The notes: generated from the letters alone by a model not told the origin. Positions 18,150 through 25,534 are shown, counted from the stretch's first letter. The stretch: 32,000 bases of DNA from Candidatus Brocadia sp. (GCA_021650915.1 CP091279.1:3720001-3752000), one strand, 5' to 3'. A program made the numbers and translations.

Positions 18150-18788
18150 ATGGCTATTTCGATAAAAGAAGGCTTTAAATTACTAGTATATAGATACATT
18201 CCCTATTGTTTTTTATATCCCTTTTTTGTGGTATTTGGCAGGTTAGAAGTCAAGGGGATTGAACACATTCCGATAAAAGGCGGTATTATTATAGCGTCGA
18301 ACCATTTAAGTTATATTGATCCGCCTCTCTTAGCAACGATACTTCCTCGAAGATGCAATTTTATGGCAAAACATGAATTATTTGATATACCGATATTGAA
18401 ATATATCATACGGTATTATGCCTTTCCTATAAATCGGCAAAAACCAAGGGTGTCCGCAATAAAAACTGCGATACACAAGCTTTGCAACGGAGAAATAGTC
18501 GTCATATTTCCGGAAGGGAGCAGAAATATAGGAACAACTTTCCTTCCTCCTAAAAACGGTATTGGCATGGTAGCTCTTTTGAGTAAGATGAATGTTGTGC
18601 CGACATTGATTGAAGGCACAGACAATCTCTTTCCCCCGGGCAAATTCATCCCAAGACCGGCAAAGATACGAATAACGTTTTGCAAACCACTTGACCCTGT
18701 CCTGGAAGATACGGATTATAGAGTAATCAGTCGCAAAATCATGAGCCATATAACACAAATGACTGCGACAAAAACTTTAGGTGCTTAG
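18150..18788 (+). CDS. plsC: 1-acyl-sn-glycerol-3-phosphate acyltransferase-like (LPLAT/PlsC family)
   Basis: 212 aa. HX4D motif ASNHLSYIDPP and FPEGSR motif. Last gene before the terminator. Confidence 0.85.
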   Translation: MAISIKEGFKLLVYRYIPYCFLYPFFVVFGRLEVKGIEHIPIKGGIIIASNHLSYIDPPLLATILPRRCNFMAKHELFDIPILKYIIRYYAFPINRQKPRVSAIKTAIHKLCNGEIVVIFPEGSRNIGTTFLPPKNGIGMVALLSKMNVVPTLIEGTDNLFPPGKFIPRPAKIRITFCKPLDPVLEDTDYRVISRKIMSHITQMTATKTLGA

Positions 18789-18947
18789 CATTTTCTGTAA
18801 CCCATATTACCAGCGGTTGTTACAATAGCATTTTTAGGCGTATTTTGCTAAATAGTCCTGAGAAAAACCTCTTTAAAACGGGATTTTTGCAATTTTTTCT
18901 GGATACCACTATTTCATAACTTACTGATCAGGCAATACTGGGTGAAA

Positions 18948-18989
18948 ATAAAAAAGGCATGTTTCTGTAACGAAACATGCCTTTTTTTT
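18948..18989. terminator. bidirectional rho-independent terminator shared by the convergent + operon and the - strand lipoprotein gene
   Basis: Perfect 10-bp stem ggcatgtttc (18956-18965) / gaaacatgcc (18972-18981) with a 6-nt loop. An A-run lies upstream (18949-18955) and a T8 run downstream (18982-18989), so the hairpin reads as a terminator on both strands. Confidence 0.75.
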
Positions 18990-19033
18990 ATGAGGTTTTG
19001 AACAAAAACCCTTGTGTCAGATTCCCGAGATCG

Positions 19034-20263
19034 TTATTGGTGTTGATGGTCTTTGGGAACCTCTTTCTCGCAATCAAAGCAGAAGTACGTCTTGCCACAT
19101 TCGTGTCCCGTCCCACTCTCTGCTTTGCAGGTAGGACAAAACGAGGTGATACCACAAATATGATCGTCTCCCACTTCTTTCTCGCAATCGTAACAGAAGT
19201 AAGTAACATCACAGATGTGGCCTGGGCCAACTTCTTCTTCACAGGTTGAACAAAAAGTAGTTACTCCGCAGACGTGTCCATCCCCCACCTCTTTTTTGCA
19301 ATCCTTACAAAAGAAGGTTAGGTCGCAGATATGACCGCTGCCAACCTCCTCTTTGCAGTGCTGGCAATACGTGGTAAGACCACAAATGTGTCCTTCCCCG
19401 ACTTCTTTATTACAAGTGGCGCATTTATGTGGCGCCTCAGCCATAGATTCCTTTTTTCCCTCTGGCAGTGCCTCCACCTTTTCGTCTTGAGGTTTTGCAG
19501 CGGGTATTTCAGGCACAGCAGCCTGTGGCGCTCCTGGTGCTGGCGCAACTTCTGGTATAACGGGCGCTTTTGGCACTTCAGGAACTGCTGGTACCTCTGG
19601 CATTGAAGGAGCTTCCGGTGCTTCAGGAAGTTCTGGTACTGCCGGGGCCTCTGGCACTTCGGGAACCTCAGGAACCTCAGGAACCTCAGGAACCTCAGGA
19701 ACCTCAGGAACCTCAGGAACCTCAGGAACTGCTGGTACCTCTGGCATTGAAGGAGCTTCCGGCGCTTCTGGAAGTTCTGGTACAGCCGGGGCCTCTGGCA
19801 TTGAAGGAACCTCTGGCACTTCAGGAACCTCTGGAACCTCTGGCTTTGCAGGAGCTTCTGGCGCTTCAGGAAGTTCTGGAACTGCCTGGGCCTCTGGCAT
19901 CGAAGGAGCCTCTGGCACAGCTGGTACCTCTGGCATTGAAGGAGCTTCCGGCGCTTCTGGTACTGCTGGAACCTCTGGCATCGAAGGTGCTTCTGGCGTT
20001 TTAGGCGCTTCAGGTACCGCCGGGGCCTCTGGCACTGTTGGCGCTGATACCTGTGGAATCTCAGGTCGAGTTACTTGAGCCTCAGGAGTAACCGTTGGCA
20101 CTGGGGTAGGTATTGGTATTCCTTCAGGACGTTTTACCTCCTTCAAAGGTTCTCCTTTTATCTCAGGCGCCTTTGTTTCCTTGACTTGTGTCTGGGTGGC
20201 AACACAGGAACTCAAAAAGATTGTAAGACTTACTAAACCTACTCCCCAAAACCCCTTTTTCAT
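19034..20263 (-). CDS. lipoprotein with Pro/Glu/Val/Ala-rich spacer and seven tandem CxxC-x9-HxC modules
   Basis: 409 aa. AAGGAGG lies 6 nt upstream of the ATG. Signal peptide with lipobox LSSC (Cys20). Residues ~46-258 are [12 protein letters not shown] repeats. Residues 279-409 are a 19-aa period, C-x2-C-K/E-E-E-V-G-x-G-H-x-C-x-x-T-x-F/Y, repeated six times plus a C-terminal partial copy (20 Cys and 10 His in 131 aa). Confidence 0.85.
   Translation of the reverse strand: MKKGFWGVGLVSLTIFLSSCVATQTQVKETKAPEIKGEPLKEVKRPEGIPIPTPVPTVTPEAQVTRPEIPQVSAPTVPEAPAVPEAPKTPEAPSMPEVPAVPEAPEAPSMPEVPAVPEAPSMPEAQAVPELPEAPEAPAKPEVPEVPEVPEVPSMPEAPAVPELPEAPEAPSMPEVPAVPEVPEVPEVPEVPEVPEVPEVPEVPEAPAVPELPEAPEAPSMPEVPAVPEVPKAPVIPEVAPAPGAPQAAVPEIPAAKPQDEKVEALPEGKKESMAEAPHKCATCNKEVGEGHICGLTTYCQHCKEEVGSGHICDLTFFCKDCKKEVGDGHVCGVTTFCSTCEEEVGPGHICDVTYFCYDCEKEVGDDHICGITSFCPTCKAESGTGHECGKTYFCFDCEKEVPKDHQHQ
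19490..20128 (-). repeat. in-frame low-complexity coding repeat ([12 protein letters not shown] units) with higher-order ~75-bp near-identical copies
   Basis: Near-identical blocks begin at 19581 and 19725 (ggaactgctggtacctctggcattgaaggagcttccgg...ggaagttctggtac.gccggggcctctggca). Related copies continue up to ~20000. Confidence 0.85.
19662..19729 (-). repeat. perfect 9-bp tandem array (ggaacctca x7 plus a partial copy), encoding (PEV)n
   Basis: Counted directly: units at 19662, 19671, 19680, 19689, 19698, 19707 and 19716, then the partial ggaac. A degenerate unit precedes the array at 19653. Confidence 0.95.
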
Positions 20264-20305
20264 AAACTCCCTCCTTAAACCTTATTTTGCAAATAGTTAT
20301 TACGA

Positions 20306-21778
20306 TTAATTTTTAATGCTGTTGCTCGCTATTAATTCCAACTCATCGGGTATTTCCCGTTTTTCCAGGTCTATTCCAGCTGCAGAAAAAAACTTCTTTC
20401 TTACCGCATCAAAGGTGATTCTCGAAAGTGACTTCTTATCGTTTACGTCTCCAAAAATCCCCAAGTCAACACAGCCTGCCGCCATATTGGCATGTCCGCC
20501 CGCGTTCATAAATCCAAAGGCCTTTTGCAGTAAAAATGCGAGATTGATTCTTGAATCTACGCTTCGCGCTGATAGCTGCACTTTATCCTTGTCGATACCA
20601 AAAACGAGAACGGTGGATACACCCTCCATCTGCAACATCAATTCAGCCGCTTGCGGCAGGGCGTCCCTGTCGGTTATAAATTCCACAAAAGATATCAGGT
20701 ACGAACCCCGTATTTCACGATTTCGTATGGTTCTTCCGATGATATCCATGGTTTCTGCGCTCATGGGAGGATTTTCGATTTGATTTAAGAGCGCCGTGTC
20801 CAGCAATGGGGAGAGGTAAGCCGCAGCTTCGAGATCTTCAGTGGTTGTGTTTCTGGTAAACCCGCCTGTGTCTACCCGGATTCCGTAACGAAGCGCCGTA
20901 GCCAGGGGTGGATCAGGAACAATATCCAGATGTCTCAGATATCGCGTCATGATGGTAGAAGTTGCGCCAATCTTAGGTAATATTTCAATAAACTCGCCTT
21001 TTACAAGACTGAGATCTGTTTGATGATGATCAATGACAATATGAGGAATAGTATGGAGGGGCAAGATATTATTTTTTGAAGGGATAGAAGCCTCTATTAA
21101 TGCCACCTTGCCTGCCGATGAAACTATTTTAAGCACTTCCTCAGTGGTTTTTAACCGGGTAAGATCGGTTTCTAACAAATTGACCAGCGTCTTGTTTTGC
21201 TGACGACCGATGTTCCCACCGTAATAGATATTGGATTTAATATTATATTTTTCCGCAATGCGCTTAAGCGCGAATCCGGAGGCAATGGCATCTGGATCAG
21301 GATTGTCCTGCAAAAAAATCGCTACTCCCTTGTTTGCTGCTGCCTGGATAACACTTACCAAACTGAAAACAGATCTTTTCAGTTTAGCCGTTTCTAGTTC
21401 ATTCAGGATTGCATCGATAATAATCCTGGCGGTTTGAACGGTGCGATCGACGCCGTTCTCTGATAACTCGGCGCCCTCCATTTCATCAGTTGCCTGCGAT
21501 AATATAAATTTATCAGGAAATAATTTCCTTATGCGGTTTGCTAAGGTTAAATTATCTCTGTGAGTCTTCTGCAGAAGGATGAAGGCTATCGTATTTTTTA
21601 TTGGCAAAGAATCAAAGTCCAGGGTATGGATGTCAGCGGTCATTACGCGCAGATTGGGCTCTTTTAAACCAAGAAAAACCGCTTCGTTATTGCCGATTAC
21701 CAGTGTTTCTTCACCAGATCGGCTTAAAATTCTGGCTAAAGCGCAACTAATTTCATCACATCCTAAAATAAGATACAT
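20306..21778 (-). CDS. DHH/DHHA1-family phosphoesterase with N-terminal degenerate TrkA-N (Rossmann-like) domain
   Basis: 490 aa. DHH motifs NPDPDAIAS and VIDHHQT. DHHA1 motif AGGHANMAAG. The N-terminal ~130 aa resemble TrkA-N/RCK (MYLILGCDEISCALARIL...LVIGNN...VMTADI), but the GxGxxG loop is replaced by GCDEIS. Confidence 0.8.
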   Translation of the reverse strand: MYLILGCDEISCALARILSRSGEETLVIGNNEAVFLGLKEPNLRVMTADIHTLDFDSLPIKNTIAFILLQKTHRDNLTLANRIRKLFPDKFILSQATDEMEGAELSENGVDRTVQTARIIIDAILNELETAKLKRSVFSLVSVIQAAANKGVAIFLQDNPDPDAIASGFALKRIAEKYNIKSNIYYGGNIGRQQNKTLVNLLETDLTRLKTTEEVLKIVSSAGKVALIEASIPSKNNILPLHTIPHIVIDHHQTDLSLVKGEFIEILPKIGATSTIMTRYLRHLDIVPDPPLATALRYGIRVDTGGFTRNTTTEDLEAAAYLSPLLDTALLNQIENPPMSAETMDIIGRTIRNREIRGSYLISFVEFITDRDALPQAAELMLQMEGVSTVLVFGIDKDKVQLSARSVDSRINLAFLLQKAFGFMNAGGHANMAAGCVDLGIFGDVNDKKSLSRITFDAVRKKFFSAAGIDLEKREIPDELELIASNSIKN

Positions 21779-22039
21779 CGTTACATCCTTTTCTTAGTGA
21801 AATTTCTTTCTAAAGAAAATCAAGAGGCGACGTATTATACGATTATGTCTCTTAGAAGTCAATATTAAAACTGCTTCCTTCCTAATTTTAACCTTTTACA
21901 AATATGGGAGTTATATTATGGAATAGTATCGTAAGCTGTGACATAAGCGTCTTTTTTCCGATCGAGTTTTAACTTGAAATCTTGTGATTGGTTCAGGTAA
22001 CATTACCGTAAATATTCCGGATCATCCAGAATCACGATT

Positions 22040-23182
22040 GTGAGCAAGTGTCTGCATATGCAAATGTATGATATTGTTAATCAGGTTGGCATTACCGAAT
22101 CCCTATGGCGGGAATCCATTGAAAGGCATGACGCTGTCAGTGAAGAATTTGACGGTATTCGTTTTTTCAGGATAACAAAAAAGATTGGCGTCTTGGGTAA
22201 GGGATCCATTATTACTGAGGAAGGAATTATTTTTGGTTTTCCCAGCATAGCCCGGGTATTACATTTGGAAAACGGCGTTCGTAATGCCTATAGGCACCCT
22301 TTTTATGTGGAAGAAAAAGTTGATGGGTATAATGTCAGGGTTGTGCGTATCCAGGGCCGTGTGTTGGTTTTTTCCCGTGGTGCATATGTTTGTCCGTTTT
22401 CTACAGACCGGATTGCAGATTTTTTGGAAGCAAAGAAAATATTTGATGATATGCCGGGCCTGATCGTTTGTGGTGAGTTTGCCGGTCCCGATAATCCTTA
22501 TAACATTGAACATCCTCCTTATGTGAAGGAAGACGTCGGGTTTTTCGCCTTTGACTTAATGTCGATCAATCAACCTCATGCAATCCCTGTTAATGAACGA
22601 TATAAGATCTTTGACACCTATCGTATGCCTACGGTAAGGAGATTTGGACAGTTTTCAGCATCGGATATTTCAGGCCTGAAAACGATCATGAAAGAGCTGG
22701 ACTCGATGGGATGTGAAGGTGTTGTGCTAAAGCCAACCCATCCTGCAGAAAAGATTTTAAAGTACGTGACGCTCGGCTCTTGTTTGCGTGATATTAACGT
22801 TACCGCTCCTTTGATGCCAGAGATGGCTTCTGAATTTTTTACCCATCGGATTATTCGTGCAGCGATGTTTATTTATGAACAGACGCGGTTTTTACAACCA
22901 GAAGTTTTCTCGCAATTGGGAAAGGCCTTGCTTAGGCCGTTATGTGACAATGTCGCAAAAGCGGCGCGGAACGAAGTTATTGACGAACAATTTCTTCTCA
23001 GGTTTCGGGAAGAGAAAAATATCCAACGGATGATAGATCACCTCCACAAATGTAAGGTAAAGTTCGAGGTGCTATCGAAAAATAAAATAGGAAACTACTG
23101 GCATGTCAAGTTCGCAAAAAAGTGTTATGCCACCTATGAAATCCTTCAAGGACATTTGCAAGGTGCAACTCATGTGGACTAA
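22040..23182 (+). CDS. ATP-dependent RNA ligase, Pab1020/MthRnl (Rnl3) family
   Basis: 380 aa. Nucleotidyltransferase motif I FYVEEKVDGYNVRV, preceded by GFPSIARVLHLENGVRNAY. Motifs CGEFAG and EGVVLKP. This matches my memory of the archaeal homodimeric RNA ligases. Start uncertain: GTG 22040, or ATG 22058/22064. Confidence 0.8.
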   Translation: MSKCLHMQMYDIVNQVGITESLWRESIERHDAVSEEFDGIRFFRITKKIGVLGKGSIITEEGIIFGFPSIARVLHLENGVRNAYRHPFYVEEKVDGYNVRVVRIQGRVLVFSRGAYVCPFSTDRIADFLEAKKIFDDMPGLIVCGEFAGPDNPYNIEHPPYVKEDVGFFAFDLMSINQPHAIPVNERYKIFDTYRMPTVRRFGQFSASDISGLKTIMKELDSMGCEGVVLKPTHPAEKILKYVTLGSCLRDINVTAPLMPEMASEFFTHRIIRAAMFIYEQTRFLQPEVFSQLGKALLRPLCDNVAKAARNEVIDEQFLLRFREEKNIQRMIDHLHKCKVKFEVLSKNKIGNYWHVKFAKKCYATYEILQGHLQGATHVD

Positions 23183-23330
23183 GTTAGTTTTAATGGCAGC
23201 GGTTCAGATCAATGCGAAATACATCAAGAAACAACATGGCGAGCGTTTATAATCGTGGATGGGATGGTCGTGCTTTTCGTGCCAGAACAGGTGAAGAGAG
23301 ATTTAATCCTTCTCTGAATAATTATTCCGT

Positions 23331-24038
23331 TTACGGTGCCAGCTTATCGAGTATGCCGCGTAACATACGGGGATCAAGGTAGCGGATGCCAAGTTTATCA
23401 GCCCATTTAACGATACCCGTGTCCGCGGTCACCAGTATGCCATCGAGTTCCTTCGCCAGGAGGATTAAATCAACATCCTCTTTACTATCAATGATTCCTT
23501 CTCTCAGGGCAGCGCGATATTTTTTTCTCAGATCGGCAATAGCAATATCCTCTAAAGTTTCGGATTCAGTTTTATAGGGAATTTCTTCTGTCATGCGCAC
23601 ATCCGGAAAAAGAAAAACTGACTTCTCTCGTGAGGATTTTCGTTTCCGTTCGATCTCTTCGGATATCTTTAAACTCTTTCCTATTCTTTTGCGTACAGCT
23701 TCTTCGGCCACTCGCAGTCCCTTGTCAATCCTGTGGCGCACATCTTCAATGAGTTCGTACAATAAAAAAGCCGGGACAGAAAGTTCGTATCGCTTTGGAG
23801 GTTTTTGGATGATACGAATTTGAAGATCGGGAGGGATGTCCTTTGTTTCTATAAAATTGAACAACTCCTGATAGATCGATGGAGGCATATAAAAGGATAT
23901 TCCTTCTAATTTGCCGACGATCTCCAGAAATGTACGTAACGCCGCTGTTGGGTTCAACCCAAACGATTGGTACACTTCCGGGTTAGTAAAAATACTTGTA
24001 TCGATGATGATTCGTCCGTGTTTAATGTTTTTTTCCAT
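23331..24038 (-). CDS. HARP-type RNA-free RNase P homolog (PIN-like; UPF0278 / MJ_0950 RNA ligase partner family)
   Basis: ORF 23331-24089 trimmed to ATG 24038, which has GAGAGG 6 nt upstream and lies 10 nt after the upstream stop. Blocks [102 protein letters not shown] closely follow my recollection of Aquifex Aq_880 and the archaeal UPF0278 proteins. Confidence 0.75.
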   Translation of the reverse strand: MEKNIKHGRIIIDTSIFTNPEVYQSFGLNPTAALRTFLEIVGKLEGISFYMPPSIYQELFNFIETKDIPPDLQIRIIQKPPKRYELSVPAFLLYELIEDVRHRIDKGLRVAEEAVRKRIGKSLKISEEIERKRKSSREKSVFLFPDVRMTEEIPYKTESETLEDIAIADLRKKYRAALREGIIDSKEDVDLILLAKELDGILVTADTGIVKWADKLGIRYLDPRMLRGILDKLAP

Positions 24039-24048
24039 AAAAAGCCTC

Positions 24049-25293
24049 TCATTTGGATAGGGATTTTCTCTCCTTCTTGGTAAACTCAAAAACGTTTCGA
24101 AAGAGTTGTGCCTCCGCAGAAGTCATTTCTTTGCCTCTCCGTTTCATTGCAATCTTTGCCACGAGTAGCGCCTTTTCCAGGTTGTAGACCACCATGCCAT
24201 GATGGGAATACCACGTAAAAGAAGGTAAATATTTCGGAGGATAGGACGTGGTTATAAGATTGCAGGAAAAACCAAAGATACTTCCCGTCTGGATCGTCGT
24301 ATTGATGGCAGTTTTCGTATGATCCCCCATTACCATCCCCAGGAACATGTGATTGGTGTCCATAACATCCCCTTCAATTTCAACCTTGATATTTCCGTAG
24401 GTATTAAGAAGATTGCTGTTTACCGTATCCGCGCCCATATTAACCCATGAGCCAATATAGGAATCACCGACGAATCCGTCGTGCTGCTTGTTGGTATAGT
24501 TGTGAAAAATCGTATTGACAATTTCTCCCCCAACCTTGCAAGCCTCGCCAATATTGGACCCTTCCCGTATCCGTGTGTTAGATTGAACGACCGCATGATC
24601 ACCAATGAAAGCGGGGCCCTCAACGGTGGTGTTCGGGGCGATGGTAACATAATTCCCCACATAAATGGGCCCTTCCTCCGCATCAAATACGCATCCGGGT
24701 TTAATCCGGCTTTCTTGACCGATGTATATTTGGCCTTTATTCACAAAGTACACACCGTCATACACCTCTCCCAAAATGGCCCCCTCTTTGACAAACATCA
24801 GGTAATCCTTTTCTATTTGGGACTTATTGTATTTAACAAGATCCCAAAAATAATGGATAACAGGCACCTGGATATTAAGCGATCGTACAGAATTTTGTAA
24901 AAACCCAACGGGACCATCTGCAAGGAACATTTCTGGCGATAGTCTTTTTGCGTTTTTTCCTGCAAGTCGGGCATACACCAGCGTACTGTCTTGAATTCCC
25001 ATTTCCTCAGGCCCCTCTGTTGAAATAGGGAAAGAGAGAAGTGCTCGGCCGTTTAAAAAAAGGCAAGTATCGTCTGTTGTATGCAGGCTATTAATGCGAT
25101 AGGGGTATCGTTCACGCAATACATCAGATAAAAAATCCCTGCAAAAAAGGGTAATTATTGCATGAGGATAATATCTGGCTATTCTTTCTAAAGGGGAAAA
25201 CAACCCGCATCGAAGTTCAAAGGCTGTCCTTGTATGTACGAGAGGAAACAGCTTTGAATATTGATTATCTTCAAATACATAAATATACTGCAT
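24049..25293 (-). CDS. GlmU-like putative sugar nucleotidyltransferase / left-handed beta-helix (hexapeptide-repeat) protein
   Basis: ORF 24049-25314 trimmed to ATG 25293 (AAGAGGA 8 nt upstream). N-terminus [27 protein letters not shown]. The C-terminal half is consecutive hexapeptide-type turns ([86 protein letters not shown]). Confidence 0.7.
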   Translation of the reverse strand: MQYIYVFEDNQYSKLFPLVHTRTAFELRCGLFSPLERIARYYPHAIITLFCRDFLSDVLRERYPYRINSLHTTDDTCLFLNGRALLSFPISTEGPEEMGIQDSTLVYARLAGKNAKRLSPEMFLADGPVGFLQNSVRSLNIQVPVIHYFWDLVKYNKSQIEKDYLMFVKEGAILGEVYDGVYFVNKGQIYIGQESRIKPGCVFDAEEGPIYVGNYVTIAPNTTVEGPAFIGDHAVVQSNTRIREGSNIGEACKVGGEIVNTIFHNYTNKQHDGFVGDSYIGSWVNMGADTVNSNLLNTYGNIKVEIEGDVMDTNHMFLGMVMGDHTKTAINTTIQTGSIFGFSCNLITTSYPPKYLPSFTWYSHHGMVVYNLEKALLVAKIAMKRRGKEMTSAEAQLFRNVFEFTKKERKSLSK

Positions 25294-25505
25294 TTGAAAA
25301 TCCTCTTTTCTCACCTCAATTTAAAAAGTTTTTTGCCCCCGATGTTTGTGTGACGGTAGCATACTGAGACACATAATCTTTGTCAAGTTAATATAAGTTT
25401 GTGACATTTTCTGACGCTTTGTCTTTTCTACTCTTTAAAATACATAAATAAGCCGTTCTATCTCCATGATAGGTAAGCATACAGAATGTAAAATTTTTTA
25501 TATCC

Positions 25506-25534
25506 TTGACATAAAATAGCTTACATATTAAAAT
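25506..25534 (+). promoter_or_regulatory. near-consensus sigma70-type promoter (TTGACA-N17-TAAAAT)
   Basis: -35 TTGACA at 25506-25511, 17-nt spacer, -10 TAAAAT at 25529-25534. It lies in a 475-bp AT-rich intergenic region and points toward the gene starting at 25793, which implies a leader of ~250 nt. Confidence 0.4.

Noticed and set aside
19570-20004. 144-aa + strand ORF with striking LQEP/LALKE repeats
   Set aside because: It is the antisense shadow of the PEVP repeat region. The - strand frame has a lipoprotein signal peptide, a strong AAGGAGG ribosome-binding site and a structured C-terminal domain, so the + strand ORF is a repeat-induced artefact.
19490-20128. Repeat-rich DNA that could be mistaken for a CRISPR array or a mobile-element end
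   Set aside because: The units are 9 bp or multiples of 3. They are contiguous with no unique spacers, lie in frame within a CDS, and no cas or transposase genes are present.
21974-22003. TTGAAA-N18-TAACAT as a possible promoter for the RNA ligase gene
   Set aside because: The spacer is suboptimal and the -10 is weak. Many equally good matches are expected in AT-rich DNA, so it is not reported as a feature.
23195-23215. GGTTCAGATC resembling a tRNA T-loop in the ligase/HARP intergenic region
   Set aside because: No complementary T-stem, acceptor stem or anticodon arm could be built around it.
23260-23330. Possible terminator hairpin between the convergent RNA ligase and HARP genes (gaagagag...cttctct)
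   Set aside because: Only about 5 bp of pairing and no flanking T-run, which is too weak to call.
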